The translations under genes were made by a program, and so were the position numbers. From Candidatus Rokuibacteriota bacterium (lineage in GTDB: Bacteria; JAUVQV01; DATDCY01): a stretch of 64,000 nt of DNA. The notes beneath the pieces were generated by a model, which was given only the letters and a program-made list of their open reading frames with translations, did not search any database and had not been told where the DNA came from. Position 1 is the first letter of the stretch; each line of letters starts with the position of its first letter. The stretch spans positions 1 to 64,000 of the forward strand of contig JANOHV010000005.1 in the NCBI GenBank assembly GCA_031406795.1. The letters are read 5' to 3'. This document shows, one piece after another, positions 10,876 through 20,838 of this stretch.

Positions 10876-11132
10876 TTTCAGGCGCAGGGCAAGGGGAAAC
10901 GCGAGGCGAATCAAGAGCGCTAAGACATTGATACTGCAGTTTAATTCAATATTCGCCAATTGCTCTTCGGCGCGACGGGCTCATGCTCCCGGATGAGGGG
11001 CGCGAATCCTGACCAGAATCGCTTCGAACTGGCGGATGACCGTGGCAGGCGATCGTCTTGCGACGGGGCGGGGAGGGTCCAGACCTCGAATCCGTGCCAA
11101 AGTGCGCTGGCCGGGACGGCAATGGCGGGAGG

Positions 11133-12056
11133 CTACGGCTCCTTGAAAACCCTCAGGAATTTGAGCGGCGCTCCCGGCGCAAGCAGCCTGGCCACCGCCA
11201 ACAGCCGTCCCGCAGCGTCGACGAGCTTGACAGTCGCCCCAGGCGCAAGATCCGAGCCACCGCTGACCGGACGCAGGGTGGGTGCCCGGCCATCCATTAC
11301 ACCGCGAGCCTCGCGCTCGGCGAGCATCACGCCCGGGAGGTTGGCCAGCGCGTCGGCCAACCGGATGAGCGGAGGAGCCGCTCCGGGCGGCAGTGCGGCC
11401 AGGTCCGCGATGGTCAGTGCTTTCTCGAGCCGGAAGGGTCCGATTGCGGTCCGGGAGAGCGCGGCCAGATGCGCGGCGCTGCCGCAGCGCACCCCCAGGT
11501 CGCGGATCAGCGTGCGCACGTACGTCCCGGAACCGACACGTGCGACGAATTCCGCCTCCGGCGGACGCCAGGCCACCAGGCGCATCTCGCTGACCTCGAT
11601 GCGGCGGGAGGCCCGCTCCGTCTGCTCGCCGGCGCGGGCCAGATCGTAGAGCCGCCGGCCGCCGACCTGCACGGCGGAGTACATCGGCGGTTCCTGCAGC
11701 GACTCGCCGAGGAACGCCGCCATCTCCGCCTCGACCTGCCTCGCGCTCAGCTGCCCCCACGGCGCCGTCCGGATCGACGCGCCCGCCGCGTCCTGGGTGT
11801 CGGTCTCGGAACCGAAACGCGCCACACCGACGTACTCCTTCGCGAGATCGGCGAGATAGGGCACGAGCTTCGCCGCCTCGCCAAGCAGCACCAGCAGCAG
11901 CCCGGAGGCAGCAGGGTCGAGGGTGCCCGCATGTCCGGCCTTGACCCACCCGAGCTGGCGCCGCAGCTCCTGAAGCGCCTGGTTCGAGCTCGGTCCGACC
12001 TCCTTGGCGAACAGGAGCACCCCATGCAGATCGTCGCGTTCAGGCCTCTTCGCCAT
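11133..12056 (-). CDS. truB: tRNA pseudouridine(55) synthase
   Basis: KAGHAGTLDPAASG, FGSETDTQD, PPMYSAV, GSGTYVRTL; start reassigned to ATG 12056. Confidence 0.95.
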   Translation of the reverse strand: MAKRPERDDLHGVLLFAKEVGPSSNQALQELRRQLGWVKAGHAGTLDPAASGLLLVLLGEAAKLVPYLADLAKEYVGVARFGSETDTQDAAGASIRTAPWGQLSARQVEAEMAAFLGESLQEPPMYSAVQVGGRRLYDLARAGEQTERASRRIEVSEMRLVAWRPPEAEFVARVGSGTYVRTLIRDLGVRCGSAAHLAALSRTAIGPFRLEKALTIADLAALPPGAAPPLIRLADALANLPGVMLAEREARGVMDGRAPTLRPVSGGSDLAPGATVKLVDAAGRLLAVARLLAPGAPLKFLRVFKEP

Positions 12057-13446
12057 CGGGCGCCTCCGCGCCGCCCAGACCGTGCTCGCGCAACTTGGAA
12101 TAGAGGAGTTTGCGGGAAATGCCCAGGGCGCGCGCCGCCTGGCTCTTGTTGCCCCCGTGCCGGGCCATCGCCGCCGCGACCACCGCTTTCTCGACTTCCG
12201 CGAGCGGCAGGTCCCGCCCGGAGAGATCGGCGAACGGCCCCGCGGACCCGGCTGCCGGACGCACCTGCGGCGGCAGGCTCGCAGCCTCCAGCAGCGGCCC
12301 GCGTCCCACAACGACCCCGCGTTCGATCGCGTTCTCCAACTCGCGCACGTTTCCCGGCCAGTCGTGCGCGCCCAGCAGTTCCAGGGCCGCCCCGGAAATC
12401 CCGTCGAAGGTCTTGCTCTCCCGGCGGGCGAACCGCTCGAGGAAGAACGCCGCCAGCAGCGGGATGTCCTCTCGCCGCTCGCGCAGCGGCGGCATCGTGA
12501 CCTCGACGACGTTGATGCGGTAGTAGAGGTCCTCGCGGAACCTTCCGGACCTGATCTCTTCCCCGAGGTTCCGGTTGGTCGCCGCCACCAGCCGGAAGTC
12601 CGTCGCGACGCGCCGCGTCCCGCCGAGACGCTGCACCTCCTTCTCCTGCAGGACGCGCAGCAGCCGCACCTGCAGTTCCGGGGAGCACTCGCCGATCTCG
12701 TCGAGGAAGACGGTGCCGCCATCGGCCAGTTCGAACTGCCCCGGCTTCGCCCCCGCCGCTCCGGTGAAGGCGCCCTTCTCGTACCCGAACAATTCGCTCT
12801 CGAGCAGCTGCGCGGGCAGCGCGCCGCAGTTGAGGCTCACGAAAGGACCCGCCCGCCGGGGGCTCGCCTGGTGAATGGCACGCGCCGCCAGCTCCTTGCC
12901 CGTGCCACTCTCCCCCTGGACGAGAACCGCGGCCTGGGAATCGCCGACGACCGCGAGAAAAGCCCGCAACTCCTCCATGCGCCGGGAGCGCCCGATGAGC
13001 TCGGAGGCCCCGGCCTCCCCCAGCCGCTCGCGCAGCGTGCGATTCTCCTCCTCGAGCGAGCGTTTCTCCAGCGCGCTGCGCACCAGCGCGCGCCACTGCT
13101 CCAGGTCGGCGGGCTTGGTCAGGAAGTGGTAGGCGCCCTCCCGAAGCGCCTGTACCGCCGTGTCGACGCTCCCGAAAGCGGTGAGCATGACGACCGGAAC
13201 CTCGGGACGCGCCGCCCGGATCGCGCGGAACAGACCGAGCCCTTCGACGTCGGGGAGAACGAGGTCCAGGACCACGAGTCCGAGCCGCGGCTCGCCCTTC
13301 GCGAGCGCCCGCGCCCGCTCGCCGGTGGTCGCGGTGACAACCGGGATACCATCCTCGCGCAGCAGCGCGCTGTACATCTGCAAGGCACTCTGCTCGTCGT
13401 CGACGAGGAGAACCTTCCACGGGCAACCGGGCTTCGTCTCAGTCAT
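12040..13446 (-). CDS. sigma-54-dependent response regulator (NtrC family)
   Basis: REC domain, GESGTGKE, ESELFGYEKGAFTGA, WPGNVRELEN, Fis-type HTH. Confidence 0.95.
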   Translation of the reverse strand: MTETKPGCPWKVLLVDDEQSALQMYSALLREDGIPVVTATTGERARALAKGEPRLGLVVLDLVLPDVEGLGLFRAIRAARPEVPVVMLTAFGSVDTAVQALREGAYHFLTKPADLEQWRALVRSALEKRSLEEENRTLRERLGEAGASELIGRSRRMEELRAFLAVVGDSQAAVLVQGESGTGKELAARAIHQASPRRAGPFVSLNCGALPAQLLESELFGYEKGAFTGAAGAKPGQFELADGGTVFLDEIGECSPELQVRLLRVLQEKEVQRLGGTRRVATDFRLVAATNRNLGEEIRSGRFREDLYYRINVVEVTMPPLRERREDIPLLAAFFLERFARRESKTFDGISGAALELLGAHDWPGNVRELENAIERGVVVGRGPLLEAASLPPQVRPAAGSAGPFADLSGRDLPLAEVEKAVVAAAMARHGGNKSQAARALGISRKLLYSKLREHGLGGAEAPDGEEA

Positions 13447-13507
13447 CGCAGTCCTCCCTCACCGCTGCTCCCCCGCAAGCCGGGCGACTGTACCAGAAAC
13501 GCCGCGG

Positions 13508-15511
13508 TCACCCTGCGGACTCGATCCCCGGCAGCCAGACCCGAAACACCGCTCCCCCACCCGGACGGTTTGCCGCGGTGATGCGCCCGTCGTGTTTCTC
13601 CACCACCCCCCTGGCAATCGAGAGGCCGAGCCCGGTCCCCCCGCGCTTGGTCGTCCGAAATGGCTCGAAGATCACCGGGAGCAGCCGGGGCTCGATCCCC
13701 GGGCCGTCGTCCGCAATCGCGATCGTCACCCCCCGGTCGGCGTGGCGGACGGCGCTCACGGCGATGCGTCCGCCTTCGCCGCCAGCCTCGGCCGCGTTGC
13801 GCACGAGATTCTCGAAGACCTGCCGCAACTGAAAAACGTCCCCCCGCACCCAGAGCCCCTGCGCCGGCGCGCTCAGTTCGAGGCCCGCGCCGGCAGGTTC
13901 GACCCCGTTCCGGCCCTCGCCGAACTCGCGCAGACTCAGCGCGAGATCGATCGGCACCAGGTGCGGCCGCTGCTCGCCGCAGGCGAACAGCACGTCGCGG
14001 ATGAAGCGCTCGCCGCGGGCGACCTCGGTTTCGACCACCCCGAGCACCGTCTCGCCGGGCTGCCCGCCGAACTGGCGGCGCAGGACCGCGGTGGCGCCGC
14101 GGATGACATTGAGCGGGTTGCGCAGTTCATGAGAGACCACCGCCGCCATCCGCCCGAGCGCCGCCAGCCGCTCCTGCAGCCCGACACGTTCGCGCAGGCG
14201 CGCCTGCTCGACCGCCAGGGCCGTCTGGCCGGCGATCGCGGCGCAGAAGGCGAGGTCCTCCGAGGACCAGATCTCGCCGCTCGACTTCGCACCGAGGAGG
14301 CATCCCCCGAGCAGCCCGTCGTGCCCCACGACCGGGATCGCCAGCTCGAACGCGCCCGCGGCGGCCAGGCGCCTCGGTCCCGTCAGACCCGCGAGCAGCT
14401 GCCCGGCGGCCTCGGCGTCGACTCCCGCCGTCCCCGTCCCCGCCGCCGTGAGAAACGCCCCGTCCGCGTGGCGCAGGACCAGCCCGCTCTCCGGGTGCGC
14501 GTGCAGCCACCCCCGCTCCCAGGCGGCCTGCCAGAGATCGCTCTCGCTCTCGAGGCCGCACAAGACTTCGGCGAAGGCCTCGCCCCGCGCGCGCATCTGG
14601 GCGCGCGAGCGGAAGAAGGTCTGGTCGAGACGCTCCTGCAAGGACGACTTGAGGGGCCCGACTGCCAGGGCAACAGCGAGCGCCGGCAGCATCGGCAGCA
14701 GCACGGAGCCGGCGAAGACGGCGTCCTGAAACCAGACCTGGAGCCCGAGCACCAGCGCGAAGTAGACCACCGTCAGCAGGAACGTCAGCGTCGAGTAGAG
14801 CATCCCGGCCCGAAAGAGGACCTGAACGTCGAGGAGACGGTGGCGGGCGATCGTCACGGCGATGACGCCGACGTAAGCGGCCGAGGCGATGTTGCCGAGC
14901 GGCAGGAACGCGATCCCCCACAGCGGCAGGAAATTGGTCAGGCTCGCGATGCCGAGCAGCAGGTTGGCCGCGAGCAGGTACTGGGCCTGCGTGCGCCGGC
15001 CGTGATCGCGCGTCGTCCGCACCTCGCGCGCCAGCAGCGTCGTGGAGATCGCGAGATAGGCGAGAAAGTAGCTGACAAAGAGCGGGTAGAGCGCCCCCGG
15101 GGTGCCGTACCAGCCGAACCAGAGCCGTCTCCAGCCGGCAAGGTAGCCCGGCCCGACGCTGACGACGATCAGCAGGCCCGCCCAGGCCCCGAACCCGATC
15201 AGCAGCGGGTGCGAGCGGCGCCGGCCGAGGAAGATGAAGAAGAAGAGCAGCGCCAGGAAGGGCATGACGATGATCGGCGGCTGCAGCAGCCGGTCCACCC
15301 GGCCGGCGATCTGACCGTCCCGGAGCGTGAAGAGCAGGAAGACATCGAGGTTCCACAGGGCGACCGCGATGTTGAAGGCCGCGAAACTGCGCTGGAGCGC
15401 CGCGTTGCCCCGGCGGCTCCAGACGAAGATGCCGAGGGCGAGCGTGAACACGAAGCCGGCCAGCGGCAGAAGCGCGGGCCACCCGACCGACCAGCCGCTC
15501 GCTCCGGTCAT
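13508..15511 (-). CDS. membrane sensor histidine kinase (7TM-type N-terminus, GAF-like, HisKA, HATPase)
   Basis: Multiple TM helices; SHELRNPL, NLVRNA, DDGPGI, GTGLGL. Confidence 0.92.
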   Translation of the reverse strand: MTGASGWSVGWPALLPLAGFVFTLALGIFVWSRRGNAALQRSFAAFNIAVALWNLDVFLLFTLRDGQIAGRVDRLLQPPIIVMPFLALLFFFIFLGRRRSHPLLIGFGAWAGLLIVVSVGPGYLAGWRRLWFGWYGTPGALYPLFVSYFLAYLAISTTLLAREVRTTRDHGRRTQAQYLLAANLLLGIASLTNFLPLWGIAFLPLGNIASAAYVGVIAVTIARHRLLDVQVLFRAGMLYSTLTFLLTVVYFALVLGLQVWFQDAVFAGSVLLPMLPALAVALAVGPLKSSLQERLDQTFFRSRAQMRARGEAFAEVLCGLESESDLWQAAWERGWLHAHPESGLVLRHADGAFLTAAGTGTAGVDAEAAGQLLAGLTGPRRLAAAGAFELAIPVVGHDGLLGGCLLGAKSSGEIWSSEDLAFCAAIAGQTALAVEQARLRERVGLQERLAALGRMAAVVSHELRNPLNVIRGATAVLRRQFGGQPGETVLGVVETEVARGERFIRDVLFACGEQRPHLVPIDLALSLREFGEGRNGVEPAGAGLELSAPAQGLWVRGDVFQLRQVFENLVRNAAEAGGEGGRIAVSAVRHADRGVTIAIADDGPGIEPRLLPVIFEPFRTTKRGGTGLGLSIARGVVEKHDGRITAANRPGGGAVFRVWLPGIESAG

Positions 15512-15523
15512 CGGGGGCGGATT

Positions 15524-16384
15524 TCAGTCGAGAAAGTCCGCGAGGTGCCGGCTGCGGGCCAGCCGCTGGAGCTTCTTCTTCGCCTTTTTTTCGATCTGGC
15601 GGATCCGCTCGCGCGAGAGCCCGAGTTTCGTGCCGACCTCCTCGAGCGTCATCGTCTCCCCGGTCACGATGCCGAAGCGCAGTTCGAGCACCTCGCGCTC
15701 GCGCGGCGCCAGATCGCCGAGCAGGCCGGCGATTTCGGTGCGCAGCGAGCTCTCGAGCAGGTCGTGGTCCACGGCGGGAGCGTCCTCGTCGGCCATCAGA
15801 TCCATGTAGGCCGTCTCGGAGTCCTCGGTAATCGGGCTGTCGAGGGAGACGGGGCGGCGGGCCACGCGCTGGATCTCCTCGACTTCGCGCAGTTTGACGC
15901 CGAGCGCGTCGGCCAGCTCCTTGGAGGTTGGCTCGCGATCGTGCATCTTCGTGAGCTCCTCGGTCTTGGTGCGGATCTTGTACAGCAGCCCGGCCTGCTT
16001 GAGCGGCAGGCGCGTCGGGCCGCTCTGCTCGGCGAGCATCTGCATGATCCCCTGGCGAATCCACCAGACGGCGTAGGAGATGAACTTGACGTTGCGCGCG
16101 GGGTCGAAGCGTCGCGCCGCCTGCAGCAGACCGATGTTGCCCTCGTTGATCAGATCCAGCAGCGAGGGGCCGGCGCCCGAGAAACGGTTGGCGACCTTCA
16201 CGACGAAGCGCAGATTCGCCTCGACCAGGCCCTGGATGGCTTTCTGGTCCCCTTTGAGGGCGAGCTTGCCGAGGCGGATCTCCTCCTCGCGGGGGATCAT
16301 CGGGATCTTGGAGATCTCGCGCAGGTACGTCCCGAGCGACGAAGGGCTGTCAACCGCCATCGCGTCCTCCCCCGGCGCGCTCAT
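15524..16384 (-). CDS. sigma-70 family sigma factor (RpoD/RpoS-like, lacking region 1.1)
   Basis: YLREI, LVEANLRFVV, DLINEGNIGL, KFISYAVWWIRQ, TLEEVG..LSRERIRQIE. Confidence 0.93.
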   Translation of the reverse strand: MSAPGEDAMAVDSPSSLGTYLREISKIPMIPREEEIRLGKLALKGDQKAIQGLVEANLRFVVKVANRFSGAGPSLLDLINEGNIGLLQAARRFDPARNVKFISYAVWWIRQGIMQMLAEQSGPTRLPLKQAGLLYKIRTKTEELTKMHDREPTSKELADALGVKLREVEEIQRVARRPVSLDSPITEDSETAYMDLMADEDAPAVDHDLLESSLRTEIAGLLGDLAPREREVLELRFGIVTGETMTLEEVGTKLGLSRERIRQIEKKAKKKLQRLARSRHLADFLD

Positions 16385-16832
16385 GGGGGCGCCGCAACGT
16401 GGCGCGCGGGCCGACGCGCACCAGCGCGGTGCGCGAACGCTGCAGCTCGACCTCGCGCTTCATCTCGCGGCGCACGAACTCCAGCGCCTCGGCCAGCTCA
16501 GCCTGCATGCGCTCGAGCTTGCGCCGCATCTCGATCACGACCTCGACGCCGGCCAGGTTGACCCCCAGGTCGCGCGTCAGGTGCAGGATCCGCCGGACGG
16601 TGTCCACATCGGCCTCCGAGTACAGGCGGGTACCGCCGCGGGTGCGCCGGGGCCGCACATACCCCTCGCGCTCGTAGAGGCGCAGGGTCTGGGGGTGAAC
16701 GCCGAGCAGTTCGGCGACCACACTGATCATGTACAGCGGGGTCTCCCGGTCCGCCCCTTGAGCGCGCGCACCGGCCAGGTCGGCGACCTCCGCGGGCGCG
16801 GCGACCTTGGGGCGTCGTCCGCGCGGGCTCAC
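16350..16832 (-). CDS. hspR: MerR-family heat-shock repressor HspR
   Basis: YMISVVAELLGVHPQTLRLYEREG, TRLYS, LGVNLAGV; follows dnaJ-like gene; start (GTG 16832) uncertain. Confidence 0.88.
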   Translation of the reverse strand: MSPRGRRPKVAAPAEVADLAGARAQGADRETPLYMISVVAELLGVHPQTLRLYEREGYVRPRRTRGGTRLYSEADVDTVRRILHLTRDLGVNLAGVEVVIEMRRKLERMQAELAEALEFVRREMKREVELQRSRTALVRVGPRATLRRPHERAGGGRDGG

Positions 16833-17914
16833 GCCGGAGCCCTCCCCGACCCGACGAGCGCTTTCTCGAACTCGAGCATGGCACGATGCACCCGCGGGTC
16901 CTCTCCCGAGGGCAGCGTCACCGTGACGGTGACGTGAAGGTCGCCGCGCGCCCCGCCGGCGGGCGAAGGCACGCCCTTGCCGCGCAGCGTGAAGACCTGA
17001 CCACCCTGCGTCCCCGGGGGCAGCCGCAGCGTCGCGCGCCCTTCGGCCGTGGGGACCGGAACCGGGCCGCCGAGAACCGCCTGGGGGAGTGTCACGGGAA
17101 CCGAGACGTACAGATTCTGGCCCCTGCGCTCGAGCAGCGGGTGGGACTGAACCTTGAGCGTCACCACCAGGTCCCCGGGCTCCCCGCCGCGCCGGCCGGG
17201 CTGTCCGGCGCCGGCGACGACGATCCGGCTGCCGGAGGAACTGCCGGAGGCAACCCGCACCGTGCGCTTTTCGGCGACCGGCAGATGGCCCCGCCCGCGG
17301 CAGTTCCGGCACGGCTGCAGGCCCGACTCGCCCTCTCCGTCACAGGTCGGGCAGAGCTTGCGGACCGTCCACGGCCCGTGGGGAACCTCGACCACCCCGC
17401 GCCCCCCGCAGAAATGACAGGTTTCGATCGGCGACCCCGGCGCCCAACGTCGGCCGTGGCATTCCGGACACGCGCCTTCGCGGCGGTAGCGACACTCGCG
17501 CACCGCGCCGCGAAGCGCCTCCTCGAAGCTCAAGTCGAGCACCTGGTGGATATCTTCACCACGCTGCGGCGCCATGGCCGGTTCGGTTGCCGCGGCCGCG
17601 GACTCGGGAAACAGTTCGCGGATGACCTGCTCCCAGCGCCCGCCGACGCCGGCCGCCCCGCCGCCCGGAGCGCGGGCGCCGCCCGCGGGAAGCGGACGGC
17701 GGCCCCGGCGATCGTAGTCCTCGCGCAGTGCCCGCTGGGAAAGCACCCGCCAGGCCTCCTGCAGGATGGCGTAGCGCGGCGCCGCATCACGGTCGCCCGG
17801 ATTCACGTCCGGGTGCTCCCGGCGGGCCAGCTTGAGCCAGGCACGCTTGATCTCCCGCGCACCGGCCTTCGGGTCGACGCCGAGAATGAGATAATAATCC
17901 TGCTCCCTGTCCAT
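16829..17914 (-). CDS. dnaJ: DnaJ-family molecular chaperone
   Basis: DYYLILGV, HPDVN J-domain, four CxxCxGxG-like zinc motifs, C-terminal domain; ATG 17914. Confidence 0.88.
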   Translation of the reverse strand: MDREQDYYLILGVDPKAGAREIKRAWLKLARREHPDVNPGDRDAAPRYAILQEAWRVLSQRALREDYDRRGRRPLPAGGARAPGGGAAGVGGRWEQVIRELFPESAAAATEPAMAPQRGEDIHQVLDLSFEEALRGAVRECRYRREGACPECHGRRWAPGSPIETCHFCGGRGVVEVPHGPWTVRKLCPTCDGEGESGLQPCRNCRGRGHLPVAEKRTVRVASGSSSGSRIVVAGAGQPGRRGGEPGDLVVTLKVQSHPLLERRGQNLYVSVPVTLPQAVLGGPVPVPTAEGRATLRLPPGTQGGQVFTLRGKGVPSPAGGARGDLHVTVTVTLPSGEDPRVHRAMLEFEKALVGSGRAPA

Positions 17915-18086
17915 CAGCGTCCGCCCGGCCCGGCCGCGGTAAGGCCGGGGCGCGCCGCGCGCGGTTGACCCGCACGTGTACCGAACTCCGCCGACTTCCC
18001 GAGAAACACGCCACGATCGTGCACGAGGCCCTCCCGCATGGCGGAAACCACCCCCCGCCGTCATAACTCGTCGTGCATTATTCCAC

Positions 18087-18107
18087 CTTGAGTCCCCGCG
18101 GATCAAG
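18087..18107 (-). promoter_or_regulatory. HAIR (HspR-associated inverted repeat) overlapping putative promoter
   Basis: CTTGAGT-ccccgcg-GATCAAG versus consensus CTTGAGT-N7-ACTCAAG; overlaps minus-strand TTGATC..AATAAT. Confidence 0.75.
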
Positions 18108-18171
18108 TCTTCTTTGTGCCTGGTCTTGCTTTTCGGGTGTCGTGGCTCATACCGGACCGCGCTGCTCGCTG

Positions 18172-18252
18172 CAAGCGTTGCTTGACCGCTGCCCCCCTGC
18201 TCTTCGTGAGCGAAATCTGGCTTTCCCCGGTGAGTTGAGATGCCTGCTGTTC
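18172..18252. repeat. dispersed intergenic repeat family C, copy 2
   Basis: gcttgaccgctgcccccctgctcttcgtgagcgaaatc... shared with 6905 onward. Confidence 0.8.
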
Positions 18253-18267
18253 CGAGCCGGTTTCTAC

Positions 18268-18296
18268 TTGACAGTCCGACTAGGAATACCTATGGT
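18268..18296 (+). promoter_or_regulatory. sigma-70 promoter of dsrH/dsrE/tusA operon
   Basis: TTGACA-17 nt-TATGGT, 40 nt upstream of ATG 18337. Confidence 0.65.
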
Positions 18297-18336
18297 CTTT
18301 TTCATCCATTCACCAGGGAACGAGGAGGGGGGCTCA

Positions 18337-18633
18337 ATGAAGCTCGGCGTATTCGTCAGTGACTACTCGTCCACCGTGGACACGCTCGGCCGGCTGAAGT
18401 CGGACAAGCTCGGCGTATTCCTCGTGCAGAACGGCGTCTACCACGCCGTGATCCCCGAGAAGGGGAAGGGCTCGTGCCTTCTGGACGCGGCCCCGCGGGT
18501 CTACGTGCTGCGCGAGGACCTGGAAACCCGAGGCTTCGCCGCCGACGCGGTCGACGCGCGGGCCAAGATCGTCGGCTACGGCGACATCGTCGACCTGGTC
18601 TTCAACGACTACCCCAAGATCGCCTGGCTCTAG
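18337..18633 (+). CDS. DsrH/TusB-like sulfur relay protein
   Basis: FLVQNGVYHA, YVLREDLETRG, YGDIVDL; GAGGAGG SD. Confidence 0.8.
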   Translation: MKLGVFVSDYSSTVDTLGRLKSDKLGVFLVQNGVYHAVIPEKGKGSCLLDAAPRVYVLREDLETRGFAADAVDARAKIVGYGDIVDLVFNDYPKIAWL

Positions 18634-18652
18634 GAAAGGAGGGAGCACACCC

Positions 18653-19018
18653 ATGGCTAAACTGACGATCGGCTGTTTCTCCTCCCTCGTGGGCTCGATG
18701 TCGCTGGACTTCGCCGTCAAGTTCGCGGAGGCCGCCATCGAGAAGGGGCACGAGGTCGACTTCTGGATGTCCGGCAACGCCGTGATGCTCTCGAAGAAGG
18801 GGCAGAAGTCCTTCAAGGACTACTCGCACCTCGACAAGAGGATTCGCGCCGCGATGGACAAGGGGATGAACATGTGCGCCTGCGAGGCCTGCGCCGAGGC
18901 GCGCGGCTTCCACAAGGAGGACACCATCGACCACCCCAAGTTCATCCGCAAGAGCATGGACTGGTACCTGGCGAGTTGCCACACGGCGGACCGGGTCCTC
19001 CACATCGGAGGTGAGTGA
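18653..19018 (+). CDS. DsrE/TusD-like sulfur relay protein
   Basis: AAIEKGHEVDFWMSGNAV, ACEACAEARG. Confidence 0.82.
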   Translation: MAKLTIGCFSSLVGSMSLDFAVKFAEAAIEKGHEVDFWMSGNAVMLSKKGQKSFKDYSHLDKRIRAAMDKGMNMCACEACAEARGFHKEDTIDHPKFIRKSMDWYLASCHTADRVLHIGGE

Positions 19019-19020
19019 TC

Positions 19021-19434
19021 ATGGCAAAGACGACGAACCTGGCGTTCCTCGTGCAACGCGCCGGCTACAAGTGTGAGAACCCGAAGCTCGCGCTGACCCA
19101 CGCCATCGCGAGCCAGTCGGTCGAAATCTACCTCGAGGACGGCGACACGGTCGTCCCGGTCGTCGCCTTCGTCGGCGAGGGCGTGCTCAACTGCAAGAAC
19201 AGCCAGAAGGCGATGGAGGTCTACGGGATCACCAGCACCGAAAACCACCTCCAGAACGCGCTGCTGTGCGATCTCAAGGTGCTGGTCTGCAAGGAGGACC
19301 TCGACCGCTACGGCCTGACGGAGGCGGACATGCCGGACGCCGCCGCGATGGGGGCCGACACCTCGATTCACGTGGTGCCCTGGGAGCAGATCCACAACGC
19401 GCTCAAGGGCGCGGACCACCTGCTCTTCTTCTAG
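19021..19434 (+). CDS. DsrE/DsrF-like protein
   Basis: VAFVGEGVLNC, VLVCKEDLDRYGL, ADHLLFF end; operon context. Confidence 0.7.
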   Translation: MAKTTNLAFLVQRAGYKCENPKLALTHAIASQSVEIYLEDGDTVVPVVAFVGEGVLNCKNSQKAMEVYGITSTENHLQNALLCDLKVLVCKEDLDRYGLTEADMPDAAAMGADTSIHVVPWEQIHNALKGADHLLFF

Positions 19435-19477
19435 ACCACGCTCACGAACAACCTACTTTCAAGGAGGAACGGCAACG

Positions 19478-19714
19478 ATGAAAGGCAAGGAGACTGAGAC
19501 GCTCGACGTGCTGGGCCGGGTTTGCCCCTATCCGCTCGTGCTCACGAAGAAGAAGATGGAGAAGCTGGCCAGCGGCCAGATTCTGAAGGTGAAGTGCGAC
19601 GCCCCCGCCTCGGCCGAAGACTCGATCCCGAAGTTCTGCGAGAAGCAGGGCTACACCTGTCAGGTCGAAAAGATCGGCGACGGCGCCTGGGACATCTACA
19701 TCCAGAAGGCGTAG
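19478..19714 (+). CDS. tusA: sulfurtransferase TusA/SirA family
   Basis: LDVLGRVCPYPLV motif, GQILKVKCD, 78 aa. Confidence 0.9.
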   Translation: MKGKETETLDVLGRVCPYPLVLTKKKMEKLASGQILKVKCDAPASAEDSIPKFCEKQGYTCQVEKIGDGAWDIYIQKA

Positions 19715-19857
19715 GGGCGCAGACGCGCTCCCGGCTGTGCACGCCCGCCGGTGCGACTTGAACGAGTCGCGCATTCCGGCGGGCGTTTCCTTATAATCTT
19801 CACCATGAAATCACTCCGAAACAACAGCCTCTTCTGCTTGCGAGCTTCGCCCGCGGT

Positions 19858-20838
19858 GTGATCTCGGTCGTGATCCCCGTCCGCAACGGCGCCCGCGCGC
19901 TGGACGCCTGTCTGCACGCCGCTTGCGCCGCAGCGCTGCCGGACCACGAGGTCGTCGTGGTCGACGATGGTTCGATCGACGAGAGCGCGTCGATCGCCGC
20001 ACGACACCCCTGCCGCCTCGTGCGGCTCGAACCCGGGCGCGGGGCGGGCGCGGCGCGCAACGCCGGCGCCGCCGCGTCGGACGGCGACACCCTGTTCTTC
20101 ACCGACGCCGACTGCGTCATCGGGCCGCCGGCCCTGGCGCGCGCCGCAACCGTTCTCGACGCCGCCGGGCCGCGGGCGGTGGTGGGCGGCACGTACGAAA
20201 CGCAACCCTCCGACGCGGGCTTTTTCCCGTCCTTCCAGGCAGTCTTCGTCAACTACCACGAAACCCGTCGCCCCGACGACCCGGACTACGTCGCGACGCA
20301 CGCGATGGTGATCCGCGCCGCCGACTTCCGCGCGAGCGGCGGCTTCGACGAGCACTTCCTGCCGATACTCGAGGACGTCGAGTTCTGCCACCGGGTGCGC
20401 CGCGCCGGCTACCGGCTGCGCATGGATCCGCTGCTGCTGGTTCGTCACCACTTCGGTTTCGGGCTCTTCGGGAGCCTGCGCAACGCGGCACGCAAGGCGC
20501 GCTACTGGGTGCGCTACTCGCTGCGCAACCACGACCTTTTCGCCGACTCCGGCACCGCCTCTCTCGGGTTGAAAGCCGCCGGCGCTCTGGCCGGACTCTG
20601 CTGGGCCGGCGTCGCAGCCGCCGCCATCTTGCACCACCCCGCCCCGCTGCTGCCGTTGCCGCTGCTCGTGCTTGTCGCCATCGCCGCCAACCGCGGACTC
20701 GTGCGCGCCTTCCACGCCGCCGGCGGCGCCTGGTTCGCTACGGCGGCCGCCGGCTATCTCGTGCTGATCTACCCCGGCGCGATCGCGGTCGGCGCGGCGC
20801 AGGGACTGCTGGACTTCATCCGGAAAGAGCGGGCCTGA
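19858..20838 (+). CDS. glycosyltransferase family 2 with C-terminal TM helices
   Basis: ISVVIPVRN, VVDDGSID, FTDADC, GGFDE, EDVEF. Confidence 0.88.
   Translation: MISVVIPVRNGARALDACLHAACAAALPDHEVVVVDDGSIDESASIAARHPCRLVRLEPGRGAGAARNAGAAASDGDTLFFTDADCVIGPPALARAATVLDAAGPRAVVGGTYETQPSDAGFFPSFQAVFVNYHETRRPDDPDYVATHAMVIRAADFRASGGFDEHFLPILEDVEFCHRVRRAGYRLRMDPLLLVRHHFGFGLFGSLRNAARKARYWVRYSLRNHDLFADSGTASLGLKAAGALAGLCWAGVAAAAILHHPAPLLPLPLLVLVAIAANRGLVRAFHAAGGAWFATAAAGYLVLIYPGAIAVGAAQGLLDFIRKERA

Noticed and set aside
18337-19714. Canonical reverse-Dsr dsrEFH or tRNA-thiolation tusBCD operon
   Set aside because: Different gene order, divergent sequences, and no dsrAB, dsrC/tusE or mnmA nearby; only family-level calls are justified.
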